A DNA stretch of 60,575 nt, from assembly GCA_964407835.1 (NCBI GenBank), contig CAYOXB010000004.1, forward strand, positions 1 through 60,575. Reading direction: 5' to 3'. A model generated the notes under the pieces. It had not been told where the DNA came from and did not search any database. It worked only from the letters and a program-made list of their open reading frames with translations. This document shows, piece by piece, positions 19,006-28,400 of this stretch. Source of the DNA: an uncultured Bacteroidales bacterium. Its GTDB lineage: Bacteria > Bacillota_I > Bacilli_A > ML615J-28 > CAG-698. Every line of letters begins with the position of its first letter. The stretch's first letter is position 1. Made by a program: the position numbers and the translations under genes.

Positions 19006-20211
19006 ATGGATACATTAAAAGAATTATATAAAATTGGACATGGACCTTCTAGTTCACATACAATGGGACCACAATATGCAGCTGAAGTATTTAAGAAGAA
19101 AAACCCTAAAGCAACTAAATATGTTGTGGAACTATATGGGTCTTTAGCTCTTACTGGTAAGGGACATTTAACAGATAAAATCTTATATGACACTCTTGGT
19201 AGAGAAAAAACTGAAGTTATTTTTAAACCAGAGTTATTTTATGAGTATCATCCTAATGGGATGAAGTTGTTTGCATATGAAAATGATAAATTAGTTGATG
19301 AATATTTAGTGTTTTCTGTTGGTGGTGGAACTCTTAAGGAACTTGATGAACCAAGAGAAGTTACAAAAGAACCATATTATAAACATAAATACATGGTTGA
19401 TATTTTAAAATATTGTGAAGAAAAAAATATATCTTTATATGATTATGTTTTGGAATCAGAAGATGAAGATATATTAGATTTCGCAAAGAAGATTGTAGTT
19501 GTTATGTTTGATAGTGTAGAAAGAGGGCTAAAAAAAGAAGGCCATCTACCAGGACCTTTAAAGATTAAAAGAAGAGCAAATGAAGTTTATAAAAAATACT
19601 TGGAAAATAAAGATTTCAATAGTTTAGTTTTTTCAGCTACTCTTGCAGTTAGTGAAGAAAATGCTAGTGGTGAGATTATTGTAACAACTCCAACTTGTGG
19701 AGCAAGTGGAGTTATGCCTGGAGTTTTATATACTTATTTTAAAACTGAAAAATATTCTATTGAAGAAATAGCAAAAGCTGTTTTAGTTGGTGGGTTAGTG
19801 GGTAATTTAGTTAAACATAATGCATCAATAAGCGGTGCAGAGGTTGGTTGTCAAGGTGAGGTTGGTACAGCTTGTTCAATGACTGCTGCGGCTTTAGCTT
19901 ATTTAAAAGGTGGAAGTAATAAACACATTGAATATGCTGCTGAGATTGCCTTAGAGCATCATTTGGGTTTGACTTGTGATCCTATTTTAGGATATGTACA
20001 AATACCTTGTATTGAAAGAAATGCGCTTTCCGCAAGAAGAGCAATAGATTCTTGTAATTTTGCACTTTTAACGGATGGTGAACATTATATAACTTTAGAT
20101 GATGTAATTAAATCATTAAAAGAAACAGGGAAGGATATTCATTCTAATTATCGTGAAACATCACTTGGAGGACTTGCAAAGATAAAACTTCCAACATATT
20201 ATGAACATTAA
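19006..20211 (+). CDS. sdaA: L-serine ammonia-lyase, Fe-S dependent, single chain
   Basis: YKIGHGPSSSHTMGP, VTTPTCGASG, GCQGEVG, LTCDP, IPCIERN, YRETSLGGLA. Confidence 0.9.
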   Translation: MDTLKELYKIGHGPSSSHTMGPQYAAEVFKKKNPKATKYVVELYGSLALTGKGHLTDKILYDTLGREKTEVIFKPELFYEYHPNGMKLFAYENDKLVDEYLVFSVGGGTLKELDEPREVTKEPYYKHKYMVDILKYCEEKNISLYDYVLESEDEDILDFAKKIVVVMFDSVERGLKKEGHLPGPLKIKRRANEVYKKYLENKDFNSLVFSATLAVSEENASGEIIVTTPTCGASGVMPGVLYTYFKTEKYSIEEIAKAVLVGGLVGNLVKHNASISGAEVGCQGEVGTACSMTAAALAYLKGGSNKHIEYAAEIALEHHLGLTCDPILGYVQIPCIERNALSARRAIDSCNFALLTDGEHYITLDDVIKSLKETGKDIHSNYRETSLGGLAKIKLPTYYEH

Positions 20212-20212
20212 A

Positions 20213-20237
20213 AAAACGAGCCTTAATGGCTCGTTTT
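20213..20237. terminator. Bidirectional intrinsic terminator
   Basis: AAAACGAGCC-ttaat-GGCTCGTTTT between convergent sdaA and coaD. Confidence 0.8.
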
Positions 20238-20727
20238 ATAGTTTTTCTCTTTCTTTGATAGTTTTTGCTATTTTTTCTGCTAGTCCTTTAGGAACATAGT
20301 TATCAATTGGTTTATTAAACAGAACTAGTTCTTTAATTGCGGAAGAAGACAAGAAAAGATTTGCAGCTGACGGGAATAAAATAAAAGTATCGATAGTATT
20401 ATCAATTGTATGATTAAATTGAAATAATGTTATTTCAGCTTGATAATCATAGATATTTCTCATTCCTCTTATAATTACTGAGCAGTTTCTTTCTCTTGCA
20501 TATTCAAGAACAAGTTGATTCGATGCTTCCACAACAGCATTTTTAATATGTTTTGTTGATTCTTTTAAAAGCTCAACTCTTTCTTCAGGGTTAAATATAT
20601 ATTTTTTGTTTGGATTAAGACTTACAAGAACATATACTTTATCAAATACTTTTGCTGCTCTTTCAATAATGTCTAAATGTCCGTTTGATACTGGATCAAA
20701 TGAACCAGGATATACTGCGATTTTCAT
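20236..20727 (-). CDS. coaD: Pantetheine-phosphate adenylyltransferase
   Basis: MKIAVYPGSFDPVSNGHLDII, IIRGMR, LSSSAIKE. Confidence 0.95.
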   Translation of the reverse strand: MKIAVYPGSFDPVSNGHLDIIERAAKVFDKVYVLVSLNPNKKYIFNPEERVELLKESTKHIKNAVVEASNQLVLEYARERNCSVIIRGMRNIYDYQAEITLFQFNHTIDNTIDTFILFPSAANLFLSSSAIKELVLFNKPIDNYVPKGLAEKIAKTIKEREKL

Positions 20728-20807
20728 AAAACACCTCTAAAATATTATACATTAATAAAGAGATAAAATCAATTTTTTTATTTCACTAGACTTGAAAATA
20801 ATTTAAC

Positions 20808-20836
20808 TTTACAATTTTCGGTATTTGGTGTATTAT
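20808..20836 (+). promoter_or_regulatory. Sigma-70-type promoter of the ABC gene
   Basis: TTTACA-17 bp-TATTAT upstream of SD gaggt and ATG 20862. Confidence 0.5.
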
Positions 20837-20861
20837 ATTTAAAAGGATTGAGGTAGCGATT

Positions 20862-22601
20862 ATGAAAACTAAAGAAATAATTAATCATGCTATATCTGAA
20901 AAAGTTTCTACATTTATTTACTATTTTGGGACTTTAATTATAGGTGCAACAACACAAATTTTTAGTATAATAATTATTCAAGACTTAGTTGACAGAGTAT
21001 TTATTACACCTACTGGTAGTGTTGATGGTTTTGGACTTTCAACAATGGTTACATTTTTTGTCCTGGCCTTGATTGTAAACTTTAGTATGAATTTACTTAG
21101 TAAACACTTTGCTTATAGTTTAGGAACTAAAGTTACTACAACTCTATCAAAAGCAGCATACTCTACAGCCCTAAGAGCTGAACTTGCTGATGTGAATAAA
21201 TTTAATAAAGAAGAACTTCTCGAAAGTATAACAAAAGACGCTTCCTATATCGGTGAGGTTTATATTGCTAAGAACTGGTATTTGTTTACTAGAAACACAG
21301 TTTATTTATTATCATTCTTTATTACAATGATGATTCTAAATCCTATTTTAGGTTTAATTTCTTTTGTAACTCTACCTTTATTTTATATGGCTGTTAGAAG
21401 CTATGATAAGCTATATTATAAATTTGCAACAAAAGCTGCAAAATCAAGTGAAAAAAGAGTAGAAGTAATTCAAGAAGATTTAAGTAATATCAAAACAATT
21501 AAACTTAGAAATGGAATTGATTTTTCAGAAGAGAAAATAATTGCATATAATAATAAATATAGAAAAACACAACAAAGCCAAGCGGCAATGAATGAAATTA
21601 AGGAACTTCGTTTATTCGACATAATACTTGGAACTGTTTTAGCAGTTTTAATAGGGATTGGTGGTTATCAATCTACTAGAGGAGATGCGATAGTTGGAAC
21701 AATTGTTGCTTTTATGTTAATGACTCCTATTATATATACATTATTAAAACAGTTAATGTATAATAATATCTTGCCTTCGTTTATTTCAGAAGAATTAAAA
21801 TCACTAGATAAAATATTCAATGTTAGATCAGAATTTAGAGCTGAACCAATTAATTCTCTTGATGAAATAAAAACATTAAAATTTGAGAATGTATTTTATG
21901 AATATTATAATGTTAGATTAGAAAATATAAGTTTTGATCTTAAGAGCGGAGAAAAATTAGCTGTTTTATTTGTAGATAATAATAATGATAGGGCTATGTT
22001 TGAATTGATTACTAAGCTTGCAAAACCTAAGGATGGTTTTATTGTAATTAACAATATTGATTACAATCGTCTTAATACACAATTTATAAGATCAATCTTC
22101 ACTGTAGTATCTAAAGAAAGAGATGTTTTCTCAAATACTATTCAAAACAATATTATCTTCCCTCTTGCATTTGATGAATATAAATATAATGATGCACTTA
22201 ATAAGAGTGGTTTAAAAGATATGCTTGCCTTTATGGAAGAAAGGGATCAAACATTTATTAAAAACGATGATTCTTTAAATAATGAACTAAGACATAGAAT
22301 TGTCTATGCAAATGCTTTTTATAAAGACTCTAAAATATTTGTAATTAATGAAATTGAATCTAGCTTAGATCCAAGAATAGAAGAATCAATTACAAAAGAA
22401 ATATTTGAATTGAAAAATAAAATTACTATTATTTTAACTGATAGAAATTATAGTGCTTTAAAATGCGATAAGGTTTTAGTATTAGGTAAAAATGAAGTTT
22501 TAGAATATGGGAAAGTAACTGAACTTCTAAATAATAAAGCTTCGCTATTTAATACATTAATTAAAAAAGTAAAATCAACAAAAAGCGCGAAATCATCTTA
22601 G
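20862..22601 (+). CDS. ABC exporter (TMD+NBD fusion) with degenerate nucleotide-binding motifs
   Basis: ABC membrane domain followed by an NBD-like region (LKFENVFY...NISFDLKSGEKLA, SSLD); Walker A, signature, Walker B and H-loop all altered. Confidence 0.75.
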   Translation: MKTKEIINHAISEKVSTFIYYFGTLIIGATTQIFSIIIIQDLVDRVFITPTGSVDGFGLSTMVTFFVLALIVNFSMNLLSKHFAYSLGTKVTTTLSKAAYSTALRAELADVNKFNKEELLESITKDASYIGEVYIAKNWYLFTRNTVYLLSFFITMMILNPILGLISFVTLPLFYMAVRSYDKLYYKFATKAAKSSEKRVEVIQEDLSNIKTIKLRNGIDFSEEKIIAYNNKYRKTQQSQAAMNEIKELRLFDIILGTVLAVLIGIGGYQSTRGDAIVGTIVAFMLMTPIIYTLLKQLMYNNILPSFISEELKSLDKIFNVRSEFRAEPINSLDEIKTLKFENVFYEYYNVRLENISFDLKSGEKLAVLFVDNNNDRAMFELITKLAKPKDGFIVINNIDYNRLNTQFIRSIFTVVSKERDVFSNTIQNNIIFPLAFDEYKYNDALNKSGLKDMLAFMEERDQTFIKNDDSLNNELRHRIVYANAFYKDSKIFVINEIESSLDPRIEESITKEIFELKNKITIILTDRNYSALKCDKVLVLGKNEVLEYGKVTELLNNKASLFNTLIKKVKSTKSAKSS

Positions 22602-22617
22602 CGCTTTTTTAAAGAAA

Positions 22618-24075
22618 ATGGAGATTTCAATGAATAAACAAGAAATACGTACAAGATTTGCCCCTAGCCCAACAGGCTTTATGCATGTTGGTAATTTAAG
22701 ATCTGCTTTATATGCCTATCTTTTCGCAAAACAAAATGAAGGGAAGTTCATTTTAAGGATTGAAGATACAGATCTTGAAAGATATGTAGAAGGTGCAGTA
22801 GAAGTAATTTATTCAACACTTGATCAAGCTGGGATAAAGTTTGATGAAGGACCTAAAGAAGGTGGTAATTACGGGCCATATGTACAAAGTGAAAGAAAAG
22901 AAATATATAAGAAGTATGCTGAAGAGCTAATTAAAACTAAAGTAGGTTATTATTGCTTTTGTGATAAAGAACGCTTAAATAGTTTAAAAGATGAAGGCAT
23001 AACTAAATACGATAAGCATTGTCTTCATTTATCAGCTGAAGAAGTACAGAAAAATTTAGACAGTGGTATGCCATATGTAATTCGTCAAAATATGCCAACA
23101 ACAGGCACAAGTGAATTTGAAGATTTAGTTTTTGGGAAAATTACAATTGAAAACAAAGAACTTGAAGATCATGTTTTACTTAAATCTGATGGAATGCCTA
23201 CTTATAATTTCGCAAATGTAATTGATGACCATTTAATGGGCATAACTCATGTAATTAGAGGAAATGAATATTTAAGTTCAACTCCCAAATATAATTTACT
23301 GTATGTTGCATATGGTTGGGATATACCAAAGTATATGCATCTTACGCCAATTATGAAAGATGAAACAAGAAAGTTAAGTAAAAGACATGGCGATGCTAAT
23401 TTTGATGACTTTATTAATAAAGGTTATTTACCTGAAGCAATAGTGAACTATATAGCTCTTTTAGGTTGGAGCCCAAAAGGCGAAGAAGAGAAATTTACAA
23501 TGGCAGAATTAATTGAAAAGTTTTCTGTCAGTGGACTTTCAAAATCTCCTTCAATTTTTGATGAGAAAAAAATGAGATGGCTTAACGGGGAATATATAAA
23601 GGAATTAAGTTTTGAAGAATTTATGAAGTATGCACTTCCATATTTTGAATCTTCAAGTATAAAAGATAGATATGATTACAATAAGTTTGGTTTAATCTTA
23701 CAATCAAGAATTGAAATATTTAGTGAGATTATTGAAAAAGTTAAGTTTATTGATGTGTTTGAAAAAATAGATCCTAATCTATATGACCATAAGAAGTTTA
23801 AACTAGATAGTAGTATTGCAAAAGAGATAATTGAAAATACTATTAAAGACTGGGAAGGGATGAAAGATTGGAATGATGACAATCTTCATTTGCAAATAAA
23901 AGAACTCGCAACTAAGTTAGAGTTAAAAGCAGGTGGAGTTTATACTGCTTTAAGAATTGCAATTTCTTCTCAAACTGTAACTCCTGGTGGGGTTGTGGAA
24001 ATTGCTAGTATTCTAGGTAAAAATGAAAGTTTAAGACGAATCAAACAAAGCTATGAATGGTTAAAACAGGAGTAG
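22618..24075 (+). CDS. gltX: Glutamate--tRNA ligase
   Basis: RTRFAPSPTGFMHVGN, LRIEDTD, HVIRG.E, KLSKRHG; true start may be ATG 22630. Confidence 0.96.
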   Translation: MEISMNKQEIRTRFAPSPTGFMHVGNLRSALYAYLFAKQNEGKFILRIEDTDLERYVEGAVEVIYSTLDQAGIKFDEGPKEGGNYGPYVQSERKEIYKKYAEELIKTKVGYYCFCDKERLNSLKDEGITKYDKHCLHLSAEEVQKNLDSGMPYVIRQNMPTTGTSEFEDLVFGKITIENKELEDHVLLKSDGMPTYNFANVIDDHLMGITHVIRGNEYLSSTPKYNLLYVAYGWDIPKYMHLTPIMKDETRKLSKRHGDANFDDFINKGYLPEAIVNYIALLGWSPKGEEEKFTMAELIEKFSVSGLSKSPSIFDEKKMRWLNGEYIKELSFEEFMKYALPYFESSSIKDRYDYNKFGLILQSRIEIFSEIIEKVKFIDVFEKIDPNLYDHKKFKLDSSIAKEIIENTIKDWEGMKDWNDDNLHLQIKELATKLELKAGGVYTALRIAISSQTVTPGGVVEIASILGKNESLRRIKQSYEWLKQE

Positions 24076-24087
24076 TTATAAGAAAAG

Positions 24088-25242
24088 GTGAAACAAATGA
24101 AGAGATTTTTTACATCAGAATCAGTTACTGAAGGACATCCTGATAAAGTATGTGATCAAATTGCTGATTCTATATTAGATAAAATATTAGAAGATGATCC
24201 CCATGCAAAAGTTGCTTGTGAAGTAGTTGCTACTACTGGCTTAGTTTTAGTAATGGGAGAAATCACTACAACTACATATTGTGATATTCAAAAAATTGTT
24301 CGTGAGACTGTTAAAGAAATAGGTTATGACCGTGGTAAGATTGGTTTTGATGCGGAAAACCTAGCTGTTTTAGTTAGCTTAGATGAACAATCTCCAGATA
24401 TAGCTATGGGTGTTAGAGATGGAGAAGGTGCAGGAGATCAAGGTTTAATGTTTGGTTTTGCAAACCGAGATACTTTAGAATTAATGCCACTACCTATTTC
24501 ATTAAGTCATAAACTAACAAAAAGACTTGCTGATGTTAGAAAATCTGGTAATGCTGATTTTCTAAGACCTGATGGTAAAGCTCAAGTTACTGTTGAATAT
24601 GAAAACCTAGAAGTTAAAAGAATCGATAGTGTTGTAATTTCAACTCAACATAGTGAACAAGTAACAACAGAAGAACTATATAAAGTAGTTGTAGAAGAAG
24701 TTATCAAAAAAGTTCTTCCAAATGAACTTTTAGATATGAATACAAAGATCTTTATTAACCCTACTGGTAAATTTAATATTGGTGGGCCTAAGGGAGATTC
24801 TGGTTTAACTGGAAGAAAGATTATTGTTGATACTTATGGTGGGTTTGCAAGGCATGGTGGTGGAGCATTCAGTGGTAAAGATCCAACAAAAGTAGATCGA
24901 AGTGCAGCTTATATGGCTAGATACATAGCTAAGAACTTAGTTGCAGCTGGAGTAAGTGATTCAATTGAAATTGGTCTTTCTTATATTATAGGAGTAAGTG
25001 AACCATCATCGATTATGGTTAATACCTTTGGTACATCTAAACTAAATGAAGAAGAAATTGCAAATTTAATTAGAGCTAACTTCGAACTTACACCAAAAGC
25101 AATTATTGAAAAGCTTGATTTAAGAAAACCAATCTATAAACAAGTATCATGTTATGGCCATTTTGGTAGACCTGATTTGGATTTATCTTGGGAAAGACTT
25201 GATAGTGTAGATAAAATTAAAAAATATTTAAAGGAATTATAA
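24088..25242 (+). CDS. metK: S-adenosylmethionine synthetase
   Basis: [46 protein letters not shown]; start may be ATG 24097. Confidence 0.97.
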   Translation: MKQMKRFFTSESVTEGHPDKVCDQIADSILDKILEDDPHAKVACEVVATTGLVLVMGEITTTTYCDIQKIVRETVKEIGYDRGKIGFDAENLAVLVSLDEQSPDIAMGVRDGEGAGDQGLMFGFANRDTLELMPLPISLSHKLTKRLADVRKSGNADFLRPDGKAQVTVEYENLEVKRIDSVVISTQHSEQVTTEELYKVVVEEVIKKVLPNELLDMNTKIFINPTGKFNIGGPKGDSGLTGRKIIVDTYGGFARHGGGAFSGKDPTKVDRSAAYMARYIAKNLVAAGVSDSIEIGLSYIIGVSEPSSIMVNTFGTSKLNEEEIANLIRANFELTPKAIIEKLDLRKPIYKQVSCYGHFGRPDLDLSWERLDSVDKIKKYLKEL

Positions 25243-25257
25243 TATAATTCTTGAAAT

Positions 25258-25288
25258 AAAACACTCTAGTAAAAGTTAGAGTGTTTTT
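25258..25288 (+). terminator. Intrinsic terminator after metK
   Basis: AAAACACTCTA-N-TAGAGTGTTTT stem plus T tract; arms identical to the 18183-18213 hairpin. Confidence 0.8.
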
Positions 25289-25384
25289 GTTTATTTGAGT
25301 TTTATAAAAAGTATATTTGTTTATATTCTTAAATCAATTTACCTTTAGATTTTTATAAAAGATATGGTAGAAAATAATGATTTA

Positions 25385-25411
25385 TGCTATAATAAATTGT
25401 AAACGCATACA
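25385..25411 (+). promoter_or_regulatory. Extended -10 promoter with cre-like (CcpA/LacI-family) site at the transcription start
   Basis: TG-c-TATAAT at 25385-25393; TGTAAACGCATACA at 25398-25411 matches 13 of 14 positions of TGWAANCGNTNWCA. Confidence 0.6.
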
Positions 25412-25482
25412 TTGGTGAATAAAATTTAGAGGAGGATTAATTTAAGCTAGCCAATGTTTAAAGCTTAAATTGAAAAAACTAT

Positions 25483-28400
25483 ATGCAAAAAAACAATAAG
25501 ATCATTTTTTTAATTTTAATGTTTTTCTTGTTTGTTGGACTTGTAAGTTGTACTAAAGAAGTAAGCTTAAAGTTCGCTAAAGAAGAAATTGAGATTGTTG
25601 TTGGTGAAGAAAAAGAATTAGATTTGACTGTTGTTGGTGAGGATGTAATTCTTGAATGGACATCATCTGACTTTAGTATTGCAACTGTTGACCAGGATGG
25701 TAAAGTTGTAGGTGTTAAAGTAGGTGAAGTAACCATTACAGTAACCGCAAAGGACACCGATGCTAAGGCAACTATTACAGTAATTGTAAAAGCTAAGCCT
25801 GAAGTTGTCCCTACTGGTGTAATTGTTATGAATATTCCTGATGAAGTAAAAGTTGGGGATGTGGTAACATTATCAGTTACAGTTTTACCAGAAGGTGCTA
25901 GTCAAGAAGTAGTTTGGTCATCTTCAAATCCTGCTGTAGCTACAGTAGATGCAACAGGTAAGGTAAGTTTTCTAGCAGTAGGTGAAGTTGTAATAACTGC
26001 AGCATCTAAAGCAAAACTTACTGTTAAACGAGATGTTCCATTTTCTGTTCAAATACCAGATCCAACTGAAGTTGTAATTTCTTCAAAGACTGGTTTATAT
26101 GAAGTTTTATTAAGTGCAACTTTACAAATGGAAGCAACTGTTCATCCAGATTTAGCTGATCAAACTGTAATTTGGAGTGTAAATGATAGCAATATCGCTA
26201 CAATTACTGAAGCTGGGTTATTACAACCTAAACAAGTAGGAACTGTTATTGTAAGTGCAACTTCAGCTGTTGATGATGAAGTTTTTGGAACAAAAACAAT
26301 TACTATTTTACGACCACCAGGAACTAGTTTAGAATTAACTGCTCCTTATAAAGTTCTTCAAATTGAAGAAGAAATGCAATTAGTTACTAGAATACTTCCT
26401 GAACTTGCTGATCAAGAAGTTATATTCGCTTCTACAAACTCTGATGTTTTAACTGTAGATTCTACAGGTAAAGTAGTAGCAGTAGCTGTAGGAACAGCGA
26501 CTATTACAGCAACAGCAAAGACAAATCCAAATGTTGGTAAAGCAGTATTAGTTACTGTTGTTGAAAAGGTTGCTGAAGTTGATCATGATAATTATTATGT
26601 TTCTGCAGGAGTTAAGAATCTAAGTCGTTACGAAAAATTTGTTCACGATTCAGAAGATTACTATGTGGGAATTAATGCATTTGCAGACTTTGATGAAATT
26701 GATAGTTTAGAAGAAGGAACAACTATTTTTGTTGGTGAAGGTATTTATATTGGTAGTTTAGTAATCAATAAAGATAATGTATCTATTATTTCTGAAAATG
26801 AACTTAAAGATCCAAATAAAGTAGTATTTGAGAAACAAGCAGTATTACAAGGTAAATTTACTCTAGCTGCAGATGTTAAAAATGTTAGATTTGCTGGTCT
26901 TTCATTTACAAATACTGGTAGAATTGAAAATGTATCTACACTTGACGGATTTACATTTGAGAATAACTTTATTTATGCTACACAACCTGCAGGAAAGGTT
27001 TGGGCTCCAGGTAGAGATTATAATTTAACTGGCTTTATTACTCTTTGGAAAATGCAACAAAAAGTAGACAATATCGTTATTGAAAACAATAAATTTGAAA
27101 ATGTTCCAGAAGTAGTTATTATGATTGGTAACACTGATGGTGTATCAATTAAAAACAATACATTTACTAATTTTGGACAAGATGCTATTAGAATGGATGG
27201 CGGACATAACTATAATGAAACTACAATTACAGGTAATAGATTTGTAAATGATGAAGTTTCAGGAACAAATGCAATTTATTTTAGATCACTTGGTGTAAAT
27301 GCGACTGCAGATAATCGCCATATGATTGAAATTGCAGATAACTATTTTGAAAATATTGGAACAGACCAAGATTATAGTGGAGCTATTAGTGCTCAAGGCT
27401 ATCAAGAATGGGGTGTAACAATTAATATTCATCATAATGAATTCGTTAGTTGTTATGATTATATTTGGCTAAGAAACAATGCAACTGCTGCAAACCATGC
27501 AGCAAATTCTTGGGTGGCAAATATTAACTTTAATGTTTTCTTAGGATTACCTGAAAATTATTACTTTAGAAGTAAGAATGGTACTACTGATACAGAAGAA
27601 ACTAACCCTACTCTTGCAAACTTAGATGCTAACTTCTTTGGCGATCTAGATGGAAATCAAATTGATTTAACTGATGAAGATATTTTAGCTTTATTCATTG
27701 ATGTTGCAAGCTTAAATTATTCATTTACATCAATTGAAGCAATGACTGCTTTATTTGTTGATTTAGCATGGGAAGGCAAAGCTGATCAAGAAGAAATACT
27801 ATATGATGGAATGTTATTATCTTATGGAAAAACTGCATTCTCAAAAATTATGGATGCTTTGGAAGCAGTAGAGCCTAGGGGAATCATTATTGTACTTCCT
27901 GGTGAATATGATGAAGAAGTTGAAATTACAAAACCTGTAAATATGATGACTCTAAACTCTAACTTCAATCCAGTAGAAGATGATTCAAGATTCTTAGATC
28001 TTGCTGAAACTAGTACTGTTATTACTAAAGTATGGTATTTAAATAATGTAAGCAATGTAACTATTAAAGGATTTACATTTACTGGTGAAGCAAGAGTGCG
28101 TCAATATGGAGCAGAAAACTCTGCTGGTTTAAGAGGATTTGTATTTGAAAATAACTATGCTCATGATACAAATGCTCCAACAATCGCGTGGAAGCAAACA
28201 GCTTATGCAAGTTATGGTATATCTACAAAATATGATACTACAATGCCAGGGTTCTTAAGTTTAGCTCAATTTGCATCTTGGATGTATGATTTTAAAATTA
28301 TTAATAATAAATTTAGTAATGTATTAGACACTAATATCGTATTAATATGTACTAGTGGTGTAACAATTACTGGTAATGAATTTATCGGCTCAGATAGGGA

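Noticed and set aside
22500-24100. T-box before gltX or S-box before metK
   Set aside because: Intergenic gaps are only 16 and 12 bp, and no T-box or SAM-I motifs are seen
25470-25499. Phase variation at the A7 tract near the start of the 1539-aa gene (TTG-start frame MKKLYAKKQ*)
   Set aside because: The ATG 25483 frame is already open with a valid signal peptide, and A7 runs are common at this AT content
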